Of a stretch of DNA of 64,000 nt, positions 27,270-39,755 are shown piece by piece. The stretch is from Squalus acanthias. Lineage: Eukaryota. A program made the position numbers and the translations under genes. The DNA is taken from the NCBI GenBank assembly GCA_030390025.1, contig JASTWF010000121.1:806001-870000 (forward strand), given 5' to 3'. Under the pieces are notes generated by a model. The model did no database searches. It saw nothing but the letters and a program-made list of their open reading frames with translations, and was not told the origin of the DNA. The stretch's first letter is position 1, and each line of letters starts with the position of its first letter.

Positions 27270-27835
27270 AGATAACAACAACAACATGCATTTATATAGC
27301 ACCTAACGTAGTAAAATGTCCCAAGGTGCTTCACAGGAGTGGTTTTAAGCAGCGTCTTGAGTAGAGAGAGCTGGGGAAGTGAAGAGGCTGGGGGTTGAAG
27401 CTTAGGGCCTAGACGGCTGAAGGCACGGCCGCCAATGTTTGGGCGAAGAGAATGAGGGATGCACAAGAGGCCAAATTTGGAGGAACACAGAGTTCTCATA
27501 GGGTTGTAGGGCTGACGAAGGTTACAGAGGTGGGGGGGAGGGGTGAGGCCATGGAGGGATTTAAACACAAGGATGAGAATTTTAAATTTCAGGCGTTGGT
27601 TGGTCTGGGAGCCAATGTAGGCCAGCGAGCACAGGGGGTGATGGGTGAACGAGTTAGGACACGGGCAGCAGAGTTTTGGATGAGTTCAAGTTTATGGAGT
27701 GTGGAAGATGTGTGGCCGGCCAGAAGAGCCTTGGAATAGTTGTGTCTGTTGGTAACAAAGCATGGGTGAGGGTCTCAGCAGCAGATGGGCAGGGGTTGAT
27801 CCGGGCGATATTACAGAAGTGGAAGAAGGCGGTCT
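27270..27835 (-). mobile_element. L2 3' end
   Basis: (CAA)n tail and reverse complement of the L2 3' sequence (FKSLHGL, GGRAFS). Confidence 0.8.
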
Positions 27836-27889
27836 AAGTCTGCCCAGTTTACAACCTCACAATTTCCTTTCCAGTAAAATTCCAAAAAC

Positions 27890-28320
27890 ACAGTAAAAAA
27901 GAGGAACTCTTTCAAGCTCATTTATTCTTGTACTTCTCTCTTATTTGTGACGCTTGTTCCCAGACTGATTCCACTGATTTTGTTTCTCTCAGTGTCTTCC
28001 TTAAATTACTCCATGCACAGCCCAATAAAGATCAGAAAATCAGCAGGGGCGGGTGTCATCCCCAGTTTAAAGTTAATCTACACACCTCATCAAACCCACA
28101 AACAAAGCCGCACTTTTAAAAATGTTCAATTCAAAAATAAGCTGCAGTGATATAATTTAGAACTGACTTCCTCTTTCACTGCTCCCTTAATGGCACTTCC
28201 TAACAGGAACAGATTTCCGTCCTTCACACACGTGATTGGCACCAAAACTGGGCCACAAATAACCACTTCTGCTCAAACTGGTCGATTTATTTTTAGAAGC
28301 CACACCACAATAGGAAAATG
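27890..28320. promoter_or_regulatory. Candidate upstream leukocyte enhancer (PU.1/IRF composite, ETS, RUNX)
   Basis: Unique island between LINEs. Contains AAAGAGGAACT (27898), ACTTCCTCTTTCACT (28166-28180, reverse complement AGTGAAAGAGGAAGT), CACTTCCT (28194) and ACCACA (28304). Confidence 0.35.
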
Positions 28321-28710
28321 CCCAGCCAAGGTATTTCTTATAAATGCTTAGGCCCAAGGGTCTGCGCCAGTGTTTATTCTCCACACAAGCCTGCTCCCAC
28401 TCTGATTGCCTCTTTCCACCCTGCCACAATATCCCTCTAGTCCATCTCCCTCATGGATGCATCACACCTCCCCTTAAATCAATACTACCAGCTTCAACCA
28501 CTCCATGCGCCAGAGAGTTCTAACATTCTCACCACTCTCTGTGTAAACATTCCTCCTAAATTCTTTATCTGATCTGTTAGTGACTATCTTACCTTCTGGA
28601 CTCACTCACAGTGGAAACAATCACTCCACATCCACCCTATCGAAACCCCCTTCATAATTTTAAAGACCTCAATCAGGTCTCCTCTTAGTCTTCTCTTTTG
28701 CAGAGAAACA

Positions 28711-31700
28711 AAGGAGTGCACTAACAAATAGGGTCCGGGTAAGAAAAAATGGTAATAAGACAAATAGGGCCATAGTGCAAAAAAATGTTCAGATGTCTAA
28801 AAATGTTAAAAAGACAAATCTAAAGGCACTGTATCTGAATGCACGAAGCATTCGTAATAAGGTAAACGAATTAACAGCGCAAATAGATGTAAACAGATAC
28901 GATATAATTGCGATTACGGAGACATGGCTGCAGGGTGACCAAGGCTGGGAGCTGAATATCCAAGGATAATCGATATTTAGGAAAGACAGGCAAAAAGGAA
29001 AATGAGGTGGGGTTGCGTTGTTTGTAAAGGATGAAATCAGAGCAATAGTGAGAAAGGATATTGGCTCAGAAAATCAAGATGTAGAATCAGTCTGGGTGGA
29101 GCTAAGAAGCACCAAGGGGCAGGAAACATTGAGAGGATTTGTCTATAGGCCTCCAAACAGTAGTGGTAATGTAGGGGATTGCATCAAACAGGAAATTAGA
29201 GATGCATGTAACAAGGGTACTACAGTAATCATGGGAGACTTTAATCTACATATAGACAGGCCAAACCAAATTAGCAATAATACTGTGGAGGATGAATTCC
29301 TGGAGTGTGTTAGAGATGTTTTTTTCGACCAGTATGTTGAGGAGCCAACTAGGGAACAGGTTATCCTAGATTGGGTATTGTGCAATGAGAAGGGGTTAAT
29401 TAATAATCTTGTTGTGTGGGGTCCTTTAGGGAAGAGTGACCATAACAGGATGGAATTATTCGTTAAGATGGAAAGTGAAGAAGTCCAATCCGAAACTATG
29501 CTCCTAAATCTAAACAAAGGAAACTATGAAGTTATGAGGAGTGAGTTGGTTGTGATAGATTGGGGAGCTTCATTAAAAGGCATGATGGTGGATAGGCAAT
29601 GGCTAACATTTAAGGAACAAATGCATGAATTGCAACAGTTATACATTCCTTTCTGGTGCAAAAACACAAAAAGGAAAAGCAGCCCAACCATGGCTAACAA
29701 AAGAAATTAAGGATAGTATTAGATCCAAAGAGGAGTCATATAAAGTTGCCAGAAAAAGTAGCAAGCCTGAGGATTGGGAGCAGTTTAGAGTTCAGCAAAA
29801 AAGGACCAAGAGATTGATTAAGAGGGGAAAAATAGAGTATGAGAGTAAACTTGCAAGGATCATAAAGGCAATTGTAAAAGCTTCTACAAGTATGTAAAAA
29901 GAAAAAGATTAGTGAAGACAAATGTAGGTCCCTTACAGTCAGAAACGGGAGAATTGATAATGGGGAACAAGGAAATGACTGAGCAATTAAACAAATACTT
30001 TGGTTCTGTCTTCACTGAAGAGGACACAAATAACTTCCCAGCAATGCTAGGGAACCAAGGGTCTAGTGAGAAGGAGTAATTAAAGGAAATTAGTATTCGT
30101 AAAAAAATAGTGCTGGAGAAATTAATGGGACTGAAAGCCAATAAAACCCCAGGGACTGATAATCTGCATCCCAGAGTACTAAAAGAGGTAGCCATGGAAA
30201 CAGTGGATGCATTGGTTGTCAACTTCCAGAATTCTATAGATTATGGAACAGTTCCTGCAGATTGGAGGGTGGCAAATATAACCCCACTATTTAAAAAAGG
30301 AGGGAGAGAGAAAACAGGGAACTACAGACCGGTTAGCCTAACATCAGTAGTAGGGAAAATGCTGCAGTCTATTATAAAGGATGTGATAACAGGACACTTA
30401 GAAAATATCAACGGGATTAGACAAAGTCAACAATGATTTATGAAAGGGAAATCATGTTTGACAAACCTACTGAAGCTTTTTGAGGATGTAACTGGTAGAA
30501 TAGATATGGGAGAAGCAGTGGATGTGGTGTATTTGGATATTCAGAAGGCCTTTGATAAAGTCCCACATAAGAGGTAAGTGTGCAAAATTAAAGCACATGG
30601 GATTGGGGGTAATACACTGGCATGGATTGAAAAAGGAAACAGAGAGTAGGAATAAATGAGTCTTTTTTGGGGTGGCAGGCGGTGACTAGTGGGGTACCGC
30701 AGGGATCAGTGCTTGGGCCCCAGCTATTCACAATATATATCAATGATTTGGATGAGCGAACCAAATATAATATTTCCAAGTTTGCTGACGACACAAAATT
30801 AGGTGTGATTGTGAGTTGTGAGGAGGATGCAAAGAGGCTTCAAGGCGATTGAGACAAGTTGAGTGAGTGGGCAAATACATGGCAGATGCAGTATAACGTG
30901 GATAAATGTGAAGTTATCCACTTTGATAGGAAAAACAGAAAGGCAGAGTATTATTTAAATGGTGATAGATTGGGAAATGTTGATGTACAGAGGGACCTGG
31001 GTGTTCTTGTACACCAGTCATTGAAAGCAAACATGCAGCTGCAGCAAGCAGTTAGGAAGGCAAATGGTATGTTGGCCTTCATTGCAAGGGGATTTGAGTA
31101 CAGGAGCAAGGATGTCTTACTGCAGTTATACAGGGCCTTGGTGAGACCACACCTGGAGTACTGTGTGCAGTTTTGGCCTCCTTACCTAAGAAAGGATATA
31201 CTTGCCATAGAGGGAATGCAGCGAAGGTTCACCAGAATGATTCCTGGGATGGCAGGACTATCGTATGAGGAGAGATTGGGTCGACTAGGCCTGTTTTCAC
31301 TAGCGTTTAGAAGAATGAGAGGGGATCTCATTGAAATGTATAAAATTCTGACAGGGCGAGACAGACTGGATGAAGGGAGGATGTTTCCCCTGGCTGGGGG
31401 GTCTAGAATGAGGGGTCACAGTCTCAGGATACGGGCTAGGACATTTCGGACTGAGATGAGGAGAAATTTCTTCACTCAGAGGGTGGTGAACCTGTGGAAT
31501 TCTCTACCACAGAAGGCTGTGGAGGCCAAGTCACTGAATATATTTAAGAAGGAGATAGATAGATTTCTAGACACAAAAGGCATCAAGGGGTATGGGGAGA
31601 GAGCGGGAATATTGTATTGAGATAGAGGATCTGCCATGATCATATTGAATGGCGGAGCAGGCTCGAAGGGCCGAATGGCCGACTCCTGCTCCTATTTTTC

Positions 31701-31717
31701 TATGTTTCTATGTTTCT
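28711..31717 (+). mobile_element. CR1 ORF2, near complete but disrupted
   Basis: Consecutive APE (LYLNARSI, ITETW, GDFN, SDHN) and RT ORF fragments, with (TTTCTATG)n tail. Confidence 0.92.
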
Positions 31718-32324
31718 AAAAGAGTCCCTGGCTGCTTAATCTTTCTCCAAAGTTGCCTCCTCTCAATTCTGATAACATGCTTGTAAATCTTTCCTGCACT
31801 TCCTCCAGTGGGTCAATATCATTTTTGTAGTACAGGGACCAGAACTGCACACAATAGTTCCAAGGGTGGTCTAAGCAAAGGTTCTGCAAGAATTGAACAT
31901 AACCTCCCTACTTCTTTGAATTCTGATCCTCTACAACTGAACCCTCTTACTTTGTTTGTACGCTTTATGACCTTACCAAATTGTGTTGCTACTTTTAGAG
32001 ATTTGTGTATCTATTCCCAGATCTCTGTGGGATGAGAAAAGGATAAATGGTCCCTTCTGATCACTCGAGTATCCTAACTTGGCACATTATCCTCTTTCAT
32101 TTTGAATAATCCTGGTCTTTCTGCCCTTTCTGTACAGCGTTGAAACATTTAGCACTCTTTGATATTCAGTTTTAAATGTACTTTGCTCTCATTTCTGTTT
32201 GTATCCTCTGGTCATAGTTTGCTGGTTTACTTTGAAGTAGTAATCTAAATAGCAGGAAGAGAAGGGGGAGTATCAGGGAGCCACTCTGGAAAGCAGCTCC
32301 CAGTATAAAGAACCAATAACCAAA

Positions 32325-32785
32325 GAAAGAAAGACTTGCATTTCTATCGAACTTTCACAACCTCAGGACGTCCCAAAACGCTTTACAGCCAATGAAGTAA
32401 TTTGGAAGTGTAGTCACTGTTGTAACATAGGAAACGCAGCAGCCAATGTACACACAGCAAGATCCCACTGGCAGCAATGAGATAATGACCAGATAATCTG
32501 TTTTGGTGATGTTGGTTGAGGGATAAATCTTGACCAGGACTCTGGGGAGAACTCCCCTTCTCTTCTTCGATTAGTGCCGTGGGATCTTTTACATCCACCT
32601 GAGAGAGCCGGCGAAGCCTCGGTTTAATATCTCATCCGAAAGACGGCACCTCCAACAGTGCAGCACTCCCTCAGCACTGCACTGGAGTGTCAGCCTGGAT
32701 TATGTGTTCAGGTCTCCGGAGTGGGACTTGAACTCACAACCTTCTGACTCAGAGGTGAGAGTGCTGCCCACTGAACCACGCTTGA
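32325..32785 (-). mobile_element. tRNA-derived SINE with L2-type tail (DeuSINE/SacSINE1-like)
   Basis: Minus-strand A/B-box head (GTGGTTCAGTGG..GTTCAAGTCC) and an L2-like 3' end. A second copy is at 52485-52895. Confidence 0.7.
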
Positions 32786-33349
32786 CACTTCAAAAGAAAT
32801 GTCACCTCCTTTCTTGGGGAGACCAGGCTCTGTCTCCCAGCCCCACTTCCACCTTTGAAGAAGCTGAAACTCCTGGCCTCACTTCAGCTGGTACACTGGT
32901 TCCGGCCGCCTGTGACATGCCCGGTGAGGGAGAGGCTGGGGATACCGGAACCCTCAGTGTTGGGAGCCCCTCGCTTCACTACCTCCTACACCGCTGCCCT
33001 TGTTTGGGGCAGGCAGAGGATTCACCCCTTACAAGACCCAGCAGATCCACCAAGGTAAGGGCAGGACCTGGATATCTGGGGCCTCGGCAGAATGTGTGGC
33101 CTTTCTACCAAACATCCCCCGGAGTTACTGCAGGAACGTGCCGGAAGGGATGCAGATTTTCAGCTCAGGTGAGAGGATTTCTCAAATGTTCCATTTCTGG
33201 TGAAATATTAAGAACATTTGAAAATTCTGGAGAGGAATAGACCCACAGGTCCATCCAGCCTGTCCCAGACAGTGCTTCTCGACTCGAGTGGGAAACATTG
33301 CATTCAGGAGAGATGGGTACAAAATAGTTTGGCTGCATCACAAGGCAGC

Positions 33350-33685
33350 TGTCAATCATTCTGCCATTGCCATTTACACTTCATCTAGAGTCATCTTTTG
33401 TTTCTTAACTTGTCCCATTACCATCTCCTTTTGCCTTGCACCATCATCCCTTTTGTCTCTTAATCTCTCCTGCCTTCCAGCCTATCACAGACCTTCCCTT
33501 TTGTTCTTTCCTCCCCTCCCCCCTTTCCCTGACCATGCACTAGCTTAAAAACCTGTTCCATCTCCAGCTTTTTCCAGATCTGACGATGGGTCATCGACCT
33601 GAAACGTTAACTCTGTTTCTCTCTCCACAGATGCTGCCTGACCTGCTGAGTATTTCCAGCATCCGCAGCATTTTGCTTTTGTATT
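33350..33685 (+). mobile_element. Penelope 3'UTR/pseudo-LTR fragment with hammerhead-like motif (33576-33612)
   Basis: Homologous to 50570-50870. CTGACGA..GAAACGTTAACTCTG. Confidence 0.7.
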
Positions 33686-33749
33686 AGTTTGGTTGCTTGT
33701 TTGATGATGTGTGAATATTTATTTTCAGAGGACAGCCCACTTGTTCTTG

Positions 33750-33902
33750 TTATTCCTTCCTCTTTATGCGGTTTGTATTCGAGCTGTGACAACCATGTAA
33801 GGAAGTTGAGTGACAATCAGCCATCTCTGAAACATCAACGGTAACATATTATACAGTGTGCGAATGAACAGGAATTTCATCTTTAAAATAAGATTGTTTG
33901 AA
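33750..33902 (+). promoter_or_regulatory. Candidate proximal promoter of the IgSF gene (ETS/RUNX motifs)
   Basis: Non-repeat segment before the ATG with TTCCTTCCTC (~33753), RUNX-like TGCGGTT (33767-33773), AAGGAAGTT (33799-33807) and CAGGAAT (~33869). Motif matches only. Confidence 0.4.
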
Positions 33903-33954
33903 ATGTTTGGCCCGACGCTCTCAGCCGTGACTCTGACCCTCTGTGTCGCAGTGG
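33903..33954 (+). CDS. Exon 1 (signal peptide) of a multi-VJ IgSF receptor: MFGPTLSAVTLTLCVAV(G)
   Basis: ATG in AAATG context, hydrophobic leader, strong phase-1 donor G|GTGAGT at 33955. Splices in frame to 40733, giving ...VAVG-LKASTVLIQSP, a typical split Ig leader. Confidence 0.75.
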
Positions 33955-34901
33955 GTGAGTAAATGCCCAGAGTGGGGTCACCCAACCTGGGTCTGGATTC
34001 ACATGATTACATTTTTGAGTTTGATTTACCGATTGTGGGCGGGTGGTGTGAGTCGGGTATTTTGCAGTCAGATATTTATGTTTAAGAGTTGAGATATTTT
34101 GGGCTTTCTCATGGTTCAATGGGCAAATACACCGTAAGATGTGACACTGAGCCACACTGCCCAGTTACCCCACTCCTGATCTGTGTGTGTGACTGCTGGG
34201 CTGTGGAGACCAATAGGCTCAACTGCTCTTCAAGGCTGAGAAGCCATCCAAGATGCATTGTTCAGATTCACTTATGAAGAACCGTCGCTTGGGTGAGCTA
34301 TCAGTAGGCTGGCACCTCCTGTGAGGTAAGAAACAGTAATAAGCTAAAAGAAAAGGCTGGCACAAATGCACGGCAAAGTGGAAATAAAGCAACAAAGGGA
34401 TACAAAGAAAGTAAGAGGTGCAAAAAAGGAATACAGAAAAAAACTTGTGAAGAGTATCAAAGCTAACAGCAGAAGTTCTCAGTATATTAAGAGAGAGAGT
34501 GACTGAGGTGGAAAGTGGGCTCAATAAAGACAGATGCAGGCGAGAGTATAATAGACAAGAAGGAAATGGCAACTTGATAAATGAAAACCTTGCATTTGTT
34601 TAGAAGAACTTACTAGAATTTATACATGTAAAGAAATGTCCATGGAGTAAATATTGGGACTTAAGATAAACAAATCTCCAGGACCTGATGGTTTCCACCC
34701 CTGGATATTAAAAGAACCAGGTGAGGAAACTGCAGATGTGTTAGTCATAATTTTGCAAAGTCCTCTAGAATCAGGAATTAAGTCCTTGGACTGGAAAATT
34801 GCAAATGTCAGTCCGTGTTTTAAGAAGGGAGGGAGGCAGAAACCGAGTAACTACAGACCTGTCAGTTTAATGTCAGTTGTGGGGATGTTGCTGAAATCTA
34901 T

Positions 34902-35212
34902 GGGCAACACGGTGGCATAGTGGTTAGCACTGGTGCCTCACAGCGCCAGGGACCCGGGTTCGAATCTGGCCTCGGGTGACTGTCTGTGTGGAGTTTGCAC
35001 ATTCTCCCCGTGTCTGCGTGGGTTTCCTCCGGGTGTTCCGGTTTCCTCCCACAGTCCAAAAATGTGCGGGTTAGGTTGATTTGGCTATGGTCAAATTGAC
35101 CCTTAGTGTTAGGGGGGGATTAAATATGTGGGGTTACGGGGATAGGGTGGGATATGTGTCGGTGCAGGCTCGATGGGCCGAGATGGCCTCTATCTGTACT
35201 GTGGGGATTCTG
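34902..35212 (+). mobile_element. V-SINE (HE1-like), inserted among CR1 fragments at 34400-36480
   Basis: tRNA head GGTGGCATAGTGGTTAGCAC..GGTTCGAAT, V-domain core TGTGTGGAGTTTGCACATTCTCCCCGTGTCTGCGTGGGTTTCCTCCGGG, and a CR1-like tail. Confidence 0.85.
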
Positions 35213-37805
35213 TGTGAGAAAGCAGGGACAGGGTACTGGATTTGGATGATCAGCCATGATCATATTGAATGGTGGAGCAGGCTCGACGGGCCGAATGGCC
35301 TACTCCTGCTCTATGTTTCTATCAGGGACAGAGCGACTGAGCACTCGGACAAGTCTGAGCCCATCAAAGAGAGTCAGCATGGATTGTGAAGGGTCGGTCA
35401 TGTCTGGCTCACCTAGTTGAATGTGTTTAGGAGATCACTCGCAGGGTGGATAGGGGAGTGTCTACGGATGTTGTCTACATGGTCTTCCAGAAAGCACTTG
35501 ATCAGGTTCCACACAGATTATCAAAAATGAGGAGGCATGGAATTGAAGGTAACTTTGTGACATAGGTTGGTAATTGGTTGGGAGGTACTCTGATTGGCGG
35601 GATGTGACAAGTGGTGTTCTCCAGGGATCTGTACCGGGGCCTCAGCTTTTCACCAGATATATTAGTGACTTGGATGGAGGGACAGAGAGTTGTATATCCA
35701 AGTTTGCAGATGGCACTAAGTTAGGAGGCACAGTAAGTTGTGCAGATGGGAACAGGAAGTTACATAGACAGACTAATTGAGTGGGCAAAACTATGACAGG
35801 TGGGCTTTATGCTGGGTAAGTGTGAGGTCATCCACTCTGGATCCAAGAAAGACAAACCAGAATATTTTCTTAATGTGTTTTACTTGTATGGGGTGTTTGT
35901 GTACATCATTGAGTGGGATACACCTATTTATGTATATCTATCTATATATCTGGTCACCACATTACAGCAAAGATGTGATTGCACTAGAGAGGGTACAGAG
36001 GAGATTCACAAGGATGTTGCCAGGAGTAGAGAATCTTAGCTATGAGGAAAGACTGGATAAGCTGGGTTTGTTTTCCTTGGAACAGAGGAGGCTGAGGGGA
36101 GACCTTATTGAGGTGTTTAAAATGATGAGGGACCGAGATAAAGTGGATAGAAAGGACCTATTTCCCTTAGCAGAGGAGTCAAAAACCAGGGGCACAGATT
36201 TAAATAATTGGTGGAAGGTTTAGAGGGGATTTGAGGGGAAATTTCTTCACCCAGAGGGTTGTGGGGGTCTGGAACTCACTGCCTGAAAGGGTGGTAGAGG
36301 CAGGAACCCTAACCACATTTAAAAAGTACTTGGATGTGCACTTGGGATGCTGTAACCTGCAGGGCTACGGACCAAGATCTAGGAAGTGGGATTAGGCTGG
36401 ATAGCTCTTTGTTGGCCGGCGCGGACACGATGGGCCGAAATGGACTCCTTCCGTGCTGTAAATTTCTATGATTCTATGATATCAATCTATATTAAAATTC
36501 AGTGGATTTTAAACAGCAGGAATCTTTACAAGAACATAAACTGATTATTCTGTACAAATATATATTAACTGTTTAAGTGCCATAGCAAACTAAACACCTC
36601 TTTCTTAGCTGAAACCACCTTTAGCGTTTTGAATTTGCCCTTATAGTCAGCAAATACATGACATTCGCTCATAGTGCTTTGAAAAGTAAATCGCTGGTGA
36701 AACCAGTGAGAGTCGGTTCACAGCTTCAGGGGCAGGAAGCACTGGCGGCAAAGGGAAGAAGGGATGTGAGTTCACTGAGGCCAGCTGCTCCCTTACTTTA
36801 TTGATTTGTTGCTCTGCCCATTCTCTATAAATTCACTAACGTTGCTCCATGAATCCATTCATCTGTTGATGTGCCTGCTGCTTCATGAGTTTATTTTAGT
36901 GGGCCCATGGCCCTGAAGTTCATTCCGCGCTCACTGTTCCATTAACTTACTGATTTGTTGGTCTTCCCACTGCTGCCATTTATTCACTAATGCTCACAAC
37001 TCCATTTGTTTTCTACCCAGAATTTGGGGGTCTGCCAGTTGTCCTTGTGTTTAATCCGGTCAGCCAATACTTGGAGAAGCTGGGCTCCACCTCCCTGTTT
37101 GCCCAGCCTGTTTGTGGCCCAATTCAACCCGAGCCATTCACTGAGAACCACTTGTATTTATACAGCACCTTTAACGTAATAAAACCTCCCAAGGTGCTTC
37201 ACAGGAACGTTATCCACACAATTTCACACCGACCCACAGAAGCAGATATTCACAGGCATTAACCCTTTGCATATGCAAATAAGGAGCTTTTTGCTTATTT
37301 TCGCTTATTTAGCGTAACTGGCGCCAGCGTCATTAGCATACTCAAGGGTCCTAACGCCTGTTTTAGGCAGCCGTCCCGAATGCCTGAAAGTCTTCTGGCC
37401 GTTTTCAGGCGTTCTTGGGGTGCAGTGCAGACCCTGCGGAATTGGTCCTTTTTGCTCCTGTTTTCCGCCTGGATGATGGGCGCAGCGATGACCAATTTCT
37501 AGCCGATTAATATTTCTCCAAAGCAAACGATCCCAGGCTGTTCAAACTCTCCTCAGAGCCTCAGTTGCCTGAAGATAGAAGCTTTCCTTTCACACCCATA
37601 TTTCCCTGACCTGTTTTGAAATAACGATTGTTTCAGTCTTTGCCGTCCAATATATCTATGAAGCAACCCATTAACAAAGAGGAAGTTGAATAACAGAAGC
37701 AAAGATCTCTTGGGTCTTAGTGCAATAAACCACATTGCACAGACTTGCTGGGAACCAAATTCCTCTTTACATTGGCAGCTGAGATTGTAACTGGAGGTCA
37801 TCTCT

Positions 37806-39445
37806 TGGGGGGGCGGGGGGGGAGCAGTGGGGGGGAGCGGGGAGCAGGGTGGGGAATGGGGGGGAGCAGGGTGGGGGGGTGGGGATGAGCAGGGTGGGGG
37901 AGCGGGGGGGAGCAGGGTGGGGGAATGGGGGGAGCAGGGTGGGGGAATGGGGTGGAGCAGGATGGGGGAGCGGGGGGGGAGCAGGGTGGGGGAGCGGGGG
38001 GGAGCTGGGTGGGGGAATGGGGTGGGAGCCGGGGGGGAGCAGGGTGGGGGAGCGTGGGGTGGGAGCAGGGTGGGGGAATGGGGTGGAGCAGGATGGGGGA
38101 GCGGGGGGGGGAGCAGGGTGCGGAAGCGGGGTGGAGCAGGGTGGGGGAGCAGGGGAGAAGAAGGTGGGGGAGCGGGGGGTGGGAGCAGGGTGGGGGAGCG
38201 GGGTGGAGCAGGGTGGGGGAGCAGGGGGAGAGCAGGGTGGGGGAGCGGGGGGTGGGAGCAGGGTGGGGGAGCGGGGGGTGGGAGCAGGGTGGGGGAGCGG
38301 GGGGGAGCAGGGTGGGTGAGCGGGGGGGAGCAGGGGGGGAATGGGGGGGAGCAGGGTGGGGGAATGGGGAGGGAGCAGGGTGGGGGAGCGGGGAGGCAGC
38401 AGGGTGGGGGAGCGGGGGGGAGCTGGGTGGGGGAATGGGGTGGGAGCCGGGGGGGAGCAGGGTGGGGGAGCGTGGGGTGGGAGCAGGGTGGGGGAATGGG
38501 GTGGAGCAGGATGGGGGAGCGGGGGGGGGAGCAGGGTGCGGAAGCGGGGTGGAGCAGGGTGGGGGAGCAGGGGAGAAGAAGGTGGGGGAGCGGGGGGTGG
38601 GAGCAGGGTGGGGGGAGTGGGGTGGAGCAGGGTGGGGGAGCAGGGGAGAGCAGGGTGGGGGAGCGGGGGGTGGGAGCAGGGTGGGGGAGCGGGGGGTGGG
38701 AGCAGGGTGGGGGAGCGGGGGGGAGCAGGGTGGGTGAGCGGGGGGGAGCAGGGGGGGAATGGGGGGGAGCAGGGTGGGGGAATGGGGAGGGAGCAGGGTG
38801 GGGGAGTGGGGAGGGAGCAGGGTGGGGGAGCGGGGAGGGAGCAGGGTGGGGGAGCGGGGGGGAGCAGGGTGGGGGAGTGGGGAGGGAGCAGGGTGGGGGA
38901 GCGGGGGGTGGCAGCAGGGTGGGGGAACGGGGGGAGCAGGGTGGGGGAGCGGGGGGCAGCAGGGTGGGGGAGCGGGGGGGAGCAGGGTGGAGGAACGGTG
39001 GGTGGGAGCAGGGTGGGGGAGCAGGGGAGAGCAGGGTGGGGGAGCGAGGGGGAGCAGGGTGGGGGAGCGGGGGGTGGGAGCAGGGTGGGGGAGCGGGGGG
39101 TGGGAGCAGGGTGGGGGAGCGGGGCGAGCAGGGTGGGGGAGCGGGGGGGGAGCAGGGTGGGGGAGCGGGGGGGGAGCAGGGTGGGGGAGCGGGGGGTGGG
39201 AGCAGGGTGGGGGAGCGGGGTGGGGGAGCGGGGGGCGGGAGCCAGGTGGGGGTGGGGAGAGGGGGGCAGTGGGGGGAGCAGGGTGGGGGAGCGGGGGGTG
39301 GGAGCGGGGGGTGGGAGCAGGGTGGGGGAGCGGGGTGGGGGAGCGGGGGGTGGGAGCAGGGTGGGGGAGCGGGGTGGGGGAGCGGGGGGCGGGAGCCAGG
39401 TGGGGGTGGGGAGAGGGGGGCAGCTGGGGGAGTGGGGTGGGGGAA
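37806..39445 (+). repeat. G-rich minisatellite, ~22-bp unit GGGAGCAGGGTGGGGGAGCGGG, with a 418-bp higher-order repeat
   Basis: Direct inspection. Landmarks CGGAAG recur at 38121 and 38539, and GGGTGAGCG at 38314 and 38732. Confidence 0.95.
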
Positions 39446-39620
39446 GCAGATTCTACTGTTTTTTGAGAAAGAAATCGGTGTCTCTAAAATGCTTAACTCT
39501 GAAGGTCACAAATAGAAAAATATGTTTGGATTTGCTTTAAGCAGGGTTTGTAGGGCTGGGTGTTGGACAGTTCCTCACATGTCCAAAAACTGGGTGTTAA
39601 CTCCTGGGAGAGATGGGGAG

Positions 39621-39755
39621 AAAATTGAGAGGTCGCACAACACCAGGTTATAGTCCAACAGTTTTATTTGAAATCACAAGCTTTCGGACTATAACCTGGT
39701 GTTGTGCGACCTCTCAATTTTGTCCACCCCAGTCCAACACCGGCATCTCCGCATC
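39621..39755. mobile_element. Short palindromic insertion (probably Penelope-derived) with a 12-bp target-site duplication
   Basis: Perfect 36-bp inverted repeat 39621-39656 / 39686-39721, flanked by AGAGATGGGGAG at 39609-39620 and 39756-39767. Confidence 0.65.

Noticed and set aside
32704-33240. 178-aa ORF upstream of the leader exon
   Set aside because: It starts inside a SINE and has no recognisable motifs.
34902-34975. tRNA-like sequence
   Set aside because: It is the head of a V-SINE, not a tRNA gene.
37827-39540. Long Gly-rich ORFs (562 aa, 399 aa and others)
   Set aside because: Artefacts of a stop-poor G-rich tandem repeat that is open in several frames.
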